Assembly (NCBI GenBank): GCA_047518225.1
Contig: JAKZRK010000046.1
Location: 1-49,381, forward strand
Direction: 5' to 3'
Length of the DNA: 49,381 nucleotides
Source of the DNA: Alphaproteobacteria bacterium
GTDB taxonomy: Bacteria > Pseudomonadota > Alphaproteobacteria > GCA-2731375
Part shown: one piece after another, positions 1-9,200 of the stretch
How positions within the stretch are numbered: position 1 is the first letter of the stretch
Layout of the letters: every line of letters begins with the position of its first letter
Notes under the pieces: model-generated
The model's database searches: none
What the model was told of the DNA's origin: nothing
What the model saw: the letters and a program-made list of their open reading frames with translations, nothing else
Made by a program: the position numbers and the translations under genes

Positions 1-102
1 CTCTACAATGCCCAGTGGATCGTCGAAAAGAACGGCTACCTGAGCCCCGCTCAAGCTCGTCAGGCGTGGCACGCCGCGATCTCAATCAGGCCCGCCGCGT
101 GA
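1..102 (+). CDS. IS3-family transposase (OrfB/integrase core), C-terminal fragment cut by the window edge
   Basis: Frame 1 reads LYNAQWIVEKNGYLSPAQARQAWHAAISIRPAA*, resembling the YN...GY.SP end of IS3 integrase cores. An IS3-like terminal sequence follows 35 bp later. Confidence 0.7.
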   Translation, partial: LYNAQWIVEKNGYLSPAQARQAWHAAISIRPAA

Positions 103-137
103 GACAAACTTGTGTCCAAGGAACCGGGTGCGCTACA
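1..137 (+). mobile_element. Right end of an IS3-family insertion sequence
   Basis: Ends gtgtccaaggaaccgggtgcgctaca (reverse complement TGTAGCGCACCCGGTTCCTTGGACAC), fitting the 5'-TG...CA-3' termini of IS3 elements. The left end is outside the window. Confidence 0.65.
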
Positions 138-146
138 CACAGACTA

Positions 147-257
147 ATACATAGCGTAATTCTGTTGGTCACTCTCCTTGTTTGCCCTATTGGGGCCTTG
201 CTTTACCATCCCGCATCATAGGTTCGGGAGAGTGACCAACGGAATTACGCTATGTAT
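147..257. repeat. 31-bp inverted repeat with a 49-bp spacer (MITE-like or long hairpin)
   Basis: 147-177 atacatagcgtaattctgttggtcactctcc pairs with 227-257 ggagagtgaccaacggaattacgctatgtat, 1 mismatch. Confidence 0.85.
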
Positions 258-269
258 AAGCTGTCGGGC

Positions 270-371
270 ATGGCGACGCGATTGAAATACCGGCACATCG
301 CCCGGCTCTATGACATCCTTGATCTGCCATTCGAATACAGCCGGTACCGGCCACTGCGCCCACAAATCTGA
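270..371 (+). pseudogene. 5' stub resembling a class I SAM-dependent methyltransferase N-terminus
   Basis: MATRLKYRHIARLYDILDLPFEYSRYRPLRPQI* resembles the Y..IA..YD leader of UbiE/PmtA-like methyltransferases. It stops before any SAM-binding motif. Confidence 0.4.
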
Positions 372-394
372 TCCGCGCCTGGAGCCCGACAAGC

Positions 395-2695
395 CTATTT
401 GAAGACATAGATCGGGCTGCTCCAGGCCTGGAAGCCGTCCTCCGTGGTGACGCAGATCCAAAGCGGATTATCCCGGCCGGCGGCAAGGGGAATTTCGACA
501 TCCGCTTCGATTTCCAGGCAGTTATTTTCCTCCGGCAGGCGGAACGCCCTGATCCGCCGTTCCAGGCCGCCGGCCTCCGCCACGATATCCTCCAGTCCCA
601 CCTCGGCCAGGGGAACCGTCATGGCGGCAAGATTGGTCGCCACCGACATCTCACCCGCCTGATTGTCATCCAGCCAGGCATCGAAACCGCCGAAGTTTCC
701 GGTGGTGATGGCGTCGAAGATGATGGTGTCGTCGCTTTGCTGTTCGAACAGCCGTTCGTGATTCCAGGCGTTGATTTTCTCGAAACGGCGTATGCTTGCG
801 CCGCCGAACGACACCTTGCCTTTCCAATTGGTATCCCGGCCCCGGTATTCCGCGCCGCTCCACAGCACGCGGATACGGTTGCCCAAATCGTTGCCGGTAT
901 AGCCGCGCAGGGTTTTAATGACCTGCGTGGCGTTCCGCACCTCGATCCGTTCAATGGCCGCATGGGTGATGGCACGGATGGACAGGGTGACCTTGTCGTC
1001 CACGGTCTGCACGATATCGCCCATCATCACGTCGCCGGCCGATCGGCGGCCGGTATCGGGGAACAGGTTCGGATCCCGTTCGAATAACGTCGCCGGTTGA
1101 TCGAACCGGGCCCTCACGTCAAGGTGCATGCGCGTCCCCGTGGTGCCGTAATGGTGGCGCCGGCGCAGGCAGTCGAAGAAGCTGTCGCGGGTCAATTCCT
1201 CGGTCAGAAAACAGGTTAGGCCGCCATAAGCGCCAAACGTGGACACGCCGGGATAGGAGGCGCCGGGCCGGCCCTTGTGGCCGTCGCTGTTGCAGACCAC
1301 GCCGCTACGGTAGCCAAGGGGGAAGCCGTCGGTCAGCAGCCATTCGAAAGTGCCCCAGGCAGAGTGGATTTCCATTGCCGTTTCCTTGGTGCCGTCGTGG
1401 GCGAAAGCGATATCGGCATAACGGCCACCAACATGGGCATAAACCACGCAATCTTCATCCACCAGACGCTCGAACAACAGGTTGGCGTCGTTGGCGTCCA
1501 TGTCCAGGTCGGACCGGTCCGTCAGTAAAGCGTGGGAAGAGCGGTAGATCGGCCGGCCTTCCCGCCGATAATAGACATTGCGGTCGCCCCCCACCGCCGT
1601 ATTGCCCGACCACTCATACCCCGGAAGGGTAACGAAGCGGCCATCCTCGTGATATTCGGCGGTCAATTCGTTCAGATAGGCCCAGAACGCGTTGTTGACC
1701 TGAAAGTCATTGGCCTGATGGCCGAGGGCATCAAGGAATGCCAAATCGCGCCCGAACTCGAAATAATCGCGGGAGGTGCCGATGCCGATGGACTCGCCGC
1801 TTTGCCCGTGCATATCGCCCCAAAAGCCGCCGTGGGGTCCATCCTGGATGACCAGCGGATGTGACCGCGCCACTTCCACGCCTTCATGGTCACGGACGAT
1901 GATGCGCAAGGTGCCGGCCACGCCAACGCTCAAATCGTCGAACAGCATGCCCCGCCGGCCCAAATCATAATCGATCCTGTCCGGCAGACCATCGACGGGC
2001 AGGTTGCTTTCAAATGTGAACCTGCCCCGCGCCTTGCCGGTTGGATTGCCCCATTTGTCCTCTGCCTTCAGGCCGAAATGGAACCGTTCGCCGGGGCGGC
2101 GCAAGCTGGGCAGAACCGCACGCCAAAGCACAGGTTCGCGCGGCACGATGGCGATGTTGGGTGTGTTGGGGATGGGTGTGTAATGCCCGACCGCGCAGAC
2201 GTCGGCGGCGACCTTGAATTCAAAATTCGGTTCGACCATGGATTGCAGGCGCATCCCGGCGGAGCCCTTGGAGGTATCGCCCAGGACGATCTCGATCCTG
2301 TCGCCTTCCCGCAGGAAACCACCGGCCACGCGAATGGTCAGGCTTTTCCAGCGCGGCCTTGGCGTGGTGCCATAGCGGCTGTAGCTGACATCCAGCGGCA
2401 CCCCGCTGGAGGTCGCCGCGGTGACGTAATTGTCTGCCGTCGGGTTATCTGTCTGCAGGGCGCCACTATCACCCATGGCGCGCAACATCACACGGATCGC
2501 ACCGGTATCGTCCAGTCCGAAGCGGCCAACCGTATAAGTGATGCGAAAGGTTTGCAGACTACGGGCGGGGAAATCACCCTTCGGTAAAATGTCCACATGA
2601 CCGTACAGCACCGGGTCCGTGCCCGGTTGGGCGGCCGTCCAAACCTCGCCCACCAGGTCTGAATCGACCAGGATACCTTTGTCCCGCGCGGTCAT
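395..2695 (-). CDS. DUF3604-like / PHP-fold metallohydrolase with N- and C-terminal beta-rich domains
   Basis: 766 aa with WGDMHGQS, HQAND, PGYEWS, EIHSAWG, NSDGH, HHYGTTG and terminal AWSSPIY motifs typical of DUF3604 proteins. Confidence 0.75.
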   Translation of the reverse strand: MTARDKGILVDSDLVGEVWTAAQPGTDPVLYGHVDILPKGDFPARSLQTFRITYTVGRFGLDDTGAIRVMLRAMGDSGALQTDNPTADNYVTAATSSGVPLDVSYSRYGTTPRPRWKSLTIRVAGGFLREGDRIEIVLGDTSKGSAGMRLQSMVEPNFEFKVAADVCAVGHYTPIPNTPNIAIVPREPVLWRAVLPSLRRPGERFHFGLKAEDKWGNPTGKARGRFTFESNLPVDGLPDRIDYDLGRRGMLFDDLSVGVAGTLRIIVRDHEGVEVARSHPLVIQDGPHGGFWGDMHGQSGESIGIGTSRDYFEFGRDLAFLDALGHQANDFQVNNAFWAYLNELTAEYHEDGRFVTLPGYEWSGNTAVGGDRNVYYRREGRPIYRSSHALLTDRSDLDMDANDANLLFERLVDEDCVVYAHVGGRYADIAFAHDGTKETAMEIHSAWGTFEWLLTDGFPLGYRSGVVCNSDGHKGRPGASYPGVSTFGAYGGLTCFLTEELTRDSFFDCLRRRHHYGTTGTRMHLDVRARFDQPATLFERDPNLFPDTGRRSAGDVMMGDIVQTVDDKVTLSIRAITHAAIERIEVRNATQVIKTLRGYTGNDLGNRIRVLWSGAEYRGRDTNWKGKVSFGGASIRRFEKINAWNHERLFEQQSDDTIIFDAITTGNFGGFDAWLDDNQAGEMSVATNLAAMTVPLAEVGLEDIVAEAGGLERRIRAFRLPEENNCLEIEADVEIPLAAGRDNPLWICVTTEDGFQAWSSPIYVFK

Positions 2696-2737
2696 GATTA
2701 GACACTCCCAATTCTCGATTGCCGAAAATATAGCAGA

Positions 2738-3358
2738 TCAGCGCGTCCGGGGCCGCCCCGCAACCGCATCTTGAAGACCTTCCAGATAGCTATCCGAGAT
2801 GCCCATGGCCTGCAGCTTCGCAACTGTGCCGGCGAGATAATCGCGGCAGGGGCCCCGTTCGCCATGGGCCAGGGCAATGTGCTCAATAATCTGGCCCCGG
2901 CTAAGATCGCCGGCGAATTGCCGGCTAGATTCATTGACCGTAAAGGTCAAGGCGGCCACATCCGCACCATCCATGGCCAGGGAAACCCAGGTGGGCCGAT
3001 AGATGTCCGTCCACATTTCCCGATGCCAGATCGCCGGCAACGCGGCCTCCAGATCCCCTTTCGCGATACGAATAGCGACGCCATCGCAGGCACCGCCCCG
3101 CAGCAGGCCCAGGGAAAGACCCGGCTGATCCGGCGTGCCCCGCGCCAGCGCGGTCCAGACGCACATGCTGCGCCGCCACCCGGTCAGGCGCGCGGGCGCC
3201 GAGGTCTGGTGCGGAAACGGCGTGTCCCAGAGCAGGCTGCCATAGCCGAAAATCCACACATCGCCCCCCGGCTGGGGCGCCTCGGCCAGCGCGGCCTCGT
3301 GCGACCGCTGGCGCGCCTGCTCGCTAAGAGGGGCGAATGGTTCGGCGAAGGAGCGCAT
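2738..3358 (-). CDS. chaC: ChaC-family gamma-glutamylcyclotransferase
   Basis: WIFGYGSLLW, RGTPDQPG, WHREM (catalytic Glu) and GPCRDYL motifs. Start moved to the ATG at 3358, 8 bp after the upstream stop. Confidence 0.8.
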   Translation of the reverse strand: MRSFAEPFAPLSEQARQRSHEAALAEAPQPGGDVWIFGYGSLLWDTPFPHQTSAPARLTGWRRSMCVWTALARGTPDQPGLSLGLLRGGACDGVAIRIAKGDLEAALPAIWHREMWTDIYRPTWVSLAMDGADVAALTFTVNESSRQFAGDLSRGQIIEHIALAHGERGPCRDYLAGTVAKLQAMGISDSYLEGLQDAVAGRPRTR

Positions 3359-3366
3359 GCCAGGCT

Positions 3367-4425
3367 CTAATCGAGGGGTGCATGCAGCCGGGTACCGGGC
3401 ACCAAGACACCGCCGCGGTTGCCGATCTCGACACTGCCGAAACGCTCGGCGAAACAATCCGGCAGGGGCCGGTCGCCCGGACTGGACAGCCACAGGCGCA
3501 ACAGGTGCCTACGCTCGGCCGGATCCGGGTGATCGCGAAAATCGGTGCGGTCGTGCAACAAGGTGTGGTTATGGACGAACTGCATATCGCCGGGTTGCAG
3601 CCGCATGGGCAGGTACAGGCGCGGATCGTTGGCCAGTTCGTCATACAAATCCAACGCCTCGGTATGACGCGCGGTTAGCCGGGGGGCGTCGGGGAAACGC
3701 TGGGCACTATCGATATATTGCCGCTGGTAGATCGATGATAAATATCCCGCGTACCAATTGAACACCGGGATCTGGAAATAGGGTTTTTGCCCCTCGTCCA
3801 CTTCGCCGCGCCGGTCCGTCGCCAGGGGCTCGAAAAGATAGGGCAGCAGATCGGGCCGCAGCCGCAGCATTTCGTTGAAGATGGTCGCCGCGCTGACCAG
3901 CAGGGACTCGCCGCCTTCCACGGCGTCTTTCAGGCATAGCAGGCCAACGATATCGCAGCTGTCCGTATGGAATGACTGCCTTTCAGCGGTCTGGTAGATG
4001 CGAACATCCGTATCCTCGCTGCTAAGGCCCGTATCGCGAACATGACCCAACAAATGTCCCTCGCCATTTTGCGATCGCGCATGGCCCAGATGGGCGCCAA
4101 CGCCAAAAAAAATCGCCGCCGCCATTTGCCGTGAATATTGCGCGACGGGCAAGCCGCGCAGCACGGCGAAGCCGATGCCATGCAACAGGGTCGCCCGCAA
4201 CAGCGCCAGGCGCGGGCCCAGGCCGGGCAATACAAATTCTTCCGCCGTGATCCGCGGAATATCCAGGCCACGCCCAAGGCAGTCCCGCGCGGCGGCTTCA
4301 AGCTCGGCCACTTCGTCCTGGCTTAGATGATCCAGCCATTGTTCTTCCCGGGCAGCCATATCCGCGCCATACCAGGCGGCGGGAATATTTTGTTCAGTCG
4401 GTATTTCTTGCATCGCTGTGCTCAT
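3367..4425 (-). CDS. TauD/TfdA-family Fe(II)/2-oxoglutarate dioxygenase
   Basis: HxD motif (FHTDSCD) and distal HNHTLLHDRTDF ... RHLLRLW motif. Confidence 0.85.
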   Translation of the reverse strand: MSTAMQEIPTEQNIPAAWYGADMAAREEQWLDHLSQDEVAELEAAARDCLGRGLDIPRITAEEFVLPGLGPRLALLRATLLHGIGFAVLRGLPVAQYSRQMAAAIFFGVGAHLGHARSQNGEGHLLGHVRDTGLSSEDTDVRIYQTAERQSFHTDSCDIVGLLCLKDAVEGGESLLVSAATIFNEMLRLRPDLLPYLFEPLATDRRGEVDEGQKPYFQIPVFNWYAGYLSSIYQRQYIDSAQRFPDAPRLTARHTEALDLYDELANDPRLYLPMRLQPGDMQFVHNHTLLHDRTDFRDHPDPAERRHLLRLWLSSPGDRPLPDCFAERFGSVEIGNRGGVLVPGTRLHAPLD

Positions 4426-4507
4426 CAAAGGTTTTCCGTGCCCCGCTGTCTATAGGTTGTCGTGGCCATTTTCAAACTCCGCGGTGGCGATGCAGGCTTG
4501 CCGGGAC

Positions 4508-5374
4508 CTATTGCAAGTGGGCCTGGAACCAATCCAAGGCGGCCTGGCGTGATGCCGCCAGTTGCAATGTATAGGGATCGTAGTGACGGCCTGCCAGGGT
4601 CACCAGTTTCTTGGGCTCGCCGGCCAGCTCAAATGCCTCGCGCTGCCAGGCCACGGGGGTCTGGGTGTCCTGATCGGCGACGATCATCAATAACGGCGTG
4701 GGCGCGATACGGCTGATCAATGAAATCGGCTCGTAACCGCGCAACAGATCCAGGCTCCGCAAGGTGATCTCGTTGCCGTAGGTACCGTCCTTGTCCACCG
4801 CCTCGGCCCACTCCGCCGTTTCGGAACCGGGGATGGCGGCAGGGGTAACGCCGGGCGGCTCGCCCCGGGCGCGGCCGTCACGGTCTGCGGCCAGGCGTTC
4901 GAGGAAACGTTGTCGGCTTGCCTGCGGTATCCAGGCCTCGAAGGTGCGCTGGCCCGAGACCAGGGGCACCTGGGAAACGGCGCATTTTACCCGGCCGTCC
5001 AGGGCCGCGACCACCAAGGCATGGCCGCCCGAATAGGATGTGCCCCACAGCCCGATCCGGCCGGGATCGACAAAAGCGAGGTTACGGCCATATGAGATCG
5101 CGGCCCGCATATCCTCGACCTGCTGCCAGGGGTCGGTTTCATGGCGCGGCCAGCCCGACGAAGCGCCATAGTTGCGGTGGTCATAGACCAGTACGGCAAA
5201 GCCGGCGGCGGCGAAGGCAGCGGCATAATCGTCCAACCCCATGGCCATGAGGGCGGAGAAACCGTGGCTCATGACGATCAGGGGGTAGCGATTACCGTCA
5301 GCCCCGGACGGCCCATAAAGCCAGCCGGCCAGCTTTTCGCCATTGGCCTCGAAAACATTATCGCGCCGTTCCAT
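4508..5374 (-). CDS. Alpha/beta hydrolase (CocE/NonD/AidA-like)
   Basis: SHGFS, YDHRNYGAS, nucleophile elbow GTSYSGG, acid Asp region ADQD and His in GRHY. Confidence 0.85.
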   Translation of the reverse strand: MERRDNVFEANGEKLAGWLYGPSGADGNRYPLIVMSHGFSALMAMGLDDYAAAFAAAGFAVLVYDHRNYGASSGWPRHETDPWQQVEDMRAAISYGRNLAFVDPGRIGLWGTSYSGGHALVVAALDGRVKCAVSQVPLVSGQRTFEAWIPQASRQRFLERLAADRDGRARGEPPGVTPAAIPGSETAEWAEAVDKDGTYGNEITLRSLDLLRGYEPISLISRIAPTPLLMIVADQDTQTPVAWQREAFELAGEPKKLVTLAGRHYDPYTLQLAASRQAALDWFQAHLQ

Positions 5375-5381
5375 CACGAAA

Positions 5382-6455
5382 CTAAGCCGCCTGCACCGTT
5401 TTCAAGATTGGCGCCCAATCTTCCAACATCTCCTCCTGGCCTGGATTGTACTGCACGGCAATCTGGCTATAGCCGGCATTTTTCAGGCTGGTCAGCCGCG
5501 CCACCAATTCATCGCGGCGGCCGGTGAAAGTCTTCTCGCGGATCAGATCACCGGTAACCAGGGGCGCCTCGTCATCGCGCACGAACATCATGTGGCCCCG
5601 GTGCAGGGACAGATAACGGGCATCGCCGGGTTGATAGGATTGATAGAGCCGATGATAGCGGTCCACCAATTCGCGCTGCCAGCCGGGCAGATTGATCTTG
5701 TCGCCACCTTTCGCCTCTGCCTCCACGATCGCATGCATGAAGATCGCCGCGCCCGGACCGGCCTGGGCCATGGCGCGCGGGCTGTCATAGGGTTCGCCAT
5801 CGGCCAGGACGCAGCCCAGGGACAACATGGTGGTGTAAAGATCTTGCGGCGGATTGCCCGCCTCGTCCCAGGCGGCCTGCATCCGTTGCAGATCGCGTAA
5901 ACCCGTGCGCTCGGTGAAGACGATATCGATCCAGGCCGCTTTCAACTTGGCCGTCAGGGCCCGGCTGCGCGGACCGAACGCCGAGATATGCAGGGGCACC
6001 GGATCGTCCAGATTGATCAGGCCGAATTCAGGGTTTAGGAAATTGGCCTTTGGCCGTTTGCCCTCGAACGGCACTTCGACGATTTCGCCCGACAGCATGC
6101 CATAGACGGCATGGATATAGTCCTCCATATCGTCCAATTTCATGGCGCCGTAGCCCATGGTGCGCCGGCCGGTAAATCCGGTGCCCACCCCGAAATCGAC
6201 ACGGCCGGGCGCCATGGCGTTCAGGGTGGCGAACGCATTGGCCGTCACCGGCGCGATGCGGTTGGAGGGGATCAGAACGCCCGTGGCCAGGCGGATTTTC
6301 CTGGTCCGCATGGCCGCCGCCGCCATGGCCACAAAAACGTCGCCGCATAATTGCTGGGTGTCATAGAACCAAGCATGGGTAAATCCCAATTCCTCGGCCC
6401 GTTCGACAATTTTCCAACTATCCGCGCCCGACGGCACGCCAAGACCGATATCCAT
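5382..6455 (-). CDS. LLM-class flavin-dependent oxidoreductase
   Basis: AEELGFTHAW, TRKIRLATGV and APGRVDFGVGTG luciferase-like motifs. Confidence 0.85.
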   Translation of the reverse strand: MDIGLGVPSGADSWKIVERAEELGFTHAWFYDTQQLCGDVFVAMAAAAMRTRKIRLATGVLIPSNRIAPVTANAFATLNAMAPGRVDFGVGTGFTGRRTMGYGAMKLDDMEDYIHAVYGMLSGEIVEVPFEGKRPKANFLNPEFGLINLDDPVPLHISAFGPRSRALTAKLKAAWIDIVFTERTGLRDLQRMQAAWDEAGNPPQDLYTTMLSLGCVLADGEPYDSPRAMAQAGPGAAIFMHAIVEAEAKGGDKINLPGWQRELVDRYHRLYQSYQPGDARYLSLHRGHMMFVRDDEAPLVTGDLIREKTFTGRRDELVARLTSLKNAGYSQIAVQYNPGQEEMLEDWAPILKTVQAA

Positions 6456-6486
6456 GAACGAACTTCCTTAGTATCTGTTCCTAAAT

Positions 6487-6499
6487 TAAGTGTTTGATT
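6487..6499 (-). promoter_or_regulatory. Candidate IHF-binding site
   Basis: Minus strand AATCAA-ACAC-TTA is an exact match to WATCAA-N4-TTR. A second, 1-mismatch site lies at 6618-6630. Confidence 0.4.
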
Positions 6500-6533
6500 T
6501 GACGGGGAATTTCCTTGCCGCCCTGCAACACCT

Positions 6534-6597
6534 CGTCACTCCCGCAAAAGCGGGAGTCTAGGTGGCTCCATGGATTCCCGCTTTCGCGGGAATGACG
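6534..6597. repeat. Inverted doublet of REP-like palindromes (dRS3-like core)
   Basis: cgtcactcccgcaaaagcgggagtcta ... tggattcccgctttcgcgggaatgacg. Each half is a hairpin and the halves are inverted copies. The right copy contains ATTCCC-N8-GGGAAT. Confidence 0.85.
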
Positions 6598-6663
6598 CCG
6601 GTTGGCCCTCTATTCTCCAAGTCATTGAAATCATTCATCTATGTTTTGAGCCAGACTCTTAGG

Positions 6664-7788
6664 TCACGATGCCGCCGCCAGGACTTCATCCGCCGCGCGG
6701 TAAGCCAAATTCAAATCCCGCGCCACCGCTTCATAGGTTACCTTGCCGCCATGGACGTTCAAGCCGGCCTTCAAATGAGGGTCGTCACGCATGGCCTGGG
6801 CAAAGCCCTTGTCCGCCAGGGCCAGCATGAACGGCAGGGTGGCATTATTCAGGGCGAAAGTGGAGGTGCGGGCGACCGCGCCCGGCATATTCGCGACGCA
6901 ATAATGCACCACCTCATGGACACGGTAGGTGGGATCGTCATGGGTGGTCGCATGCGCGGTTTCGATACAGCCGCCCTGATCGATCGCCACATCGACGATG
7001 ACGGAGCCCCGGCGCATGCCCTTGACCATATCCTCGCTGACCAGGCGGGGCGCGGCGGCGCCGGGCACCAACACGGCACCGATCACCAGGTCGGAATTCA
7101 TCACGTGCTTTTCGATGGCGTCCACGGTGGAATAGATCGTGTTGAGGGAGGAGGAAAATTGATCGTCGAGCTCTTTTAGCCGGCGTAAATTCAGATCAAT
7201 TACCGTTACCCGCGCCTCGCAGCCGATGGCAATGCGCGCGGCGTTGGCGCCGACCGCACCGCCGCCCAGGATCAGCACATCCGCCGCCGGCACCCCGGCC
7301 ACGCCGCCCAACAAAGCACCGCGCCCACCCTGGTTCATTTCCAGGCAGTGCGCCCCGGCCTGAATGGACATCCGCCCCGCCACCTCGCTCATGGGCGCCA
7401 ACAACGGCAGGCCGCCGAATGGGTCCGTCACGGTTTCATAAGCGACGGCGGTGGCGCCGGATGCCAGCAGTCCCTTGGTCTGATCCGGGTCGGGCGCCAG
7501 GTGAAGATAGGTGAAGATGATCTGGCCGTCACGCAGCATGGCGATCTCGCCCGGCTGCGGCTCCTTCACCTTGACGATCATATCGGCGCGGGCGAAGACC
7601 TCCGCCGGGTCGGCCACCACATCCGCCCCGGCCGTGGCATAGTCCTCGTCCAGCAGGCCAATGGCCGCACCGGCGCCGCTTTCGACCACGGCGCCATGGC
7701 CGTGATACACCGCTTCCCGCACGGAGGTGGGGGTCAGCCCGACGCGGTATTCGTGGTTCTTCACCTCTTTTGGAACACCGATCAGCAT
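6664..7788 (-). CDS. ald: Alanine dehydrogenase
   Basis: MLIGVPKEVKNHEYRVG, KVKEP, LLAPMSEVAGR, DVAIDQGG and HYCVANMPGAV motifs. Confidence 0.95.
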   Translation of the reverse strand: MLIGVPKEVKNHEYRVGLTPTSVREAVYHGHGAVVESGAGAAIGLLDEDYATAGADVVADPAEVFARADMIVKVKEPQPGEIAMLRDGQIIFTYLHLAPDPDQTKGLLASGATAVAYETVTDPFGGLPLLAPMSEVAGRMSIQAGAHCLEMNQGGRGALLGGVAGVPAADVLILGGGAVGANAARIAIGCEARVTVIDLNLRRLKELDDQFSSSLNTIYSTVDAIEKHVMNSDLVIGAVLVPGAAAPRLVSEDMVKGMRRGSVIVDVAIDQGGCIETAHATTHDDPTYRVHEVVHYCVANMPGAVARTSTFALNNATLPFMLALADKGFAQAMRDDPHLKAGLNVHGGKVTYEAVARDLNLAYRAADEVLAAAS

Positions 7789-7805
7789 TGGCGCGGCCCT
7801 TTCCG

Positions 7806-9143
7806 CTAGTCGAGCGCTTTTATGACGTTCGAGGTGATTTCGACCATTTTGTCGATATGCTCCTTCTCCAGGATCAGTGGCGGCGAGAGGGCGATGATAT
7901 CCGCCGTGACCCGCACCATCAGGCCGGCTTCGTAGGCCTTTATGCAGGCTTCCATGCCGCGCTGGCCCGCGGCACCCTCGCGGGGGGCCAATTCAATACC
8001 GGCGACCAGGCCGATATTGCGGATATCGATCACATTGGGCAGGCCCTTCATGGAATGCACCGCGTCCTGCCAATAGGGGCTGATATCGGCGGCGTGCTGG
8101 AACAGCCCGTCCTCCCGGTAAACTTCCAACGTCGCCATGGCGGCGGCGCAGGCCAGGGGATGGGCGGAATAGGTATAGCCGTGAAACAGCTCGATCCCAT
8201 CGGGGCTTTCATCCATGAAGGCCTGATAGATTTTGTTGTCGGCGGCCACCGCGCCCATGGGCACATAGCCCGAGGTCAGGCCCTTGGCCATGGTGATCAG
8301 ATCCGGCGTGACGCCAAAATACTCGGCGGCGAAGGAACTCCCCAAACGGCCAAAACCGGTGATCACCTCGTCGAAAATCAGCAGGATGCCGTATTTTCGA
8401 GTGATTTCGCGCAACCGTTCCAAATAACCCTTTGGCGGCACCAGTACGCCGGTGGACCCGGCCATGGGCTCCACGATCACGGCGGCGATGGTGGAGGGAT
8501 CGTGCAGGGCGACCAGATTTTCCAGCTCATCGGCCAGGTGCGCGCCCCATTCCGGCTGACCCTTGGTAAAGGCCTGCTTTTCCAGGTTATGGGTATGGGG
8601 CAGATGGTCGACGCCATTGATCAGCGGACCATAGAATTTGCGGTTATAGGGAATGCCGCCAACCGAAATACCGCCGAAGCCAACCCCATGATAGCCCCGT
8701 GCCCGTCCGATCAGGCGGGTCCGGGAGGCCTCGCCGCGAATGCGGTGATAGGCCAGGGCGATCTTCAGCGCCGTGTCCACGGCTTCCGAGCCCGAGTTGG
8801 TATAGAATATCCGGTCCATGCCCTCGGGCGTCATGGCGGCCAATTTCTGGGCCAGCTCGAACGACAGGGGCTGGCTGAACTGGAACGATGGGGCGAATTC
8901 CAGGGTTTCAGCCTGGGCCTTGATGGCCTCCACCACCTTTGGGTGGCCATGGCCGATATTGACGCACCATAGACCGGCGGAACCGTCCAGGATATCGCGG
9001 CCATCGTGGCTTTTGTAATACATGCCCTTGGCCGATACCAACAGGCGTGGCGCGGCCTTGAACTCGCGGTTCGAGGTAAAGGGCATCCAGAACTGCGATA
9101 GATCGTTCGGCTGCACGTTGGCGGTGGTAACGGGCTTATTCAT
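7806..9143 (-). CDS. Class III PLP aminotransferase (omega-amino acid/beta-alanine:pyruvate type)
   Basis: [38 protein letters not shown] and HGYTYSAHP motifs. Start placed at ATG 9143 behind GGAG; 9155 is an alternative. Confidence 0.9.
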   Translation of the reverse strand: MNKPVTTANVQPNDLSQFWMPFTSNREFKAAPRLLVSAKGMYYKSHDGRDILDGSAGLWCVNIGHGHPKVVEAIKAQAETLEFAPSFQFSQPLSFELAQKLAAMTPEGMDRIFYTNSGSEAVDTALKIALAYHRIRGEASRTRLIGRARGYHGVGFGGISVGGIPYNRKFYGPLINGVDHLPHTHNLEKQAFTKGQPEWGAHLADELENLVALHDPSTIAAVIVEPMAGSTGVLVPPKGYLERLREITRKYGILLIFDEVITGFGRLGSSFAAEYFGVTPDLITMAKGLTSGYVPMGAVAADNKIYQAFMDESPDGIELFHGYTYSAHPLACAAAMATLEVYREDGLFQHAADISPYWQDAVHSMKGLPNVIDIRNIGLVAGIELAPREGAAGQRGMEACIKAYEAGLMVRVTADIIALSPPLILEKEHIDKMVEITSNVIKALD

Positions 9144-9200
9144 GTTGTTCTCCATCAAGGCTGGGACGGTACTGTATCAAGGTGCCGCTCCGGGGCAAAC

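Noticed and set aside
820-860. Possible 2-codon deletion in the DUF3604-like gene (EYRGRDTNW)
   Set aside because: Based only on my recollection of homologs; it is in frame and cannot be supported without an alignment.
7770-8972. 400-aa plus-strand ORF, and similar long antisense ORFs (9588-10547, 10605-11618, 13117-14169, 26943-27971, 45279-46361, 46342-47577)
   Set aside because: Shadow frames of well-supported genes on the opposite strand, expected in high-GC DNA. No recognisable motifs.
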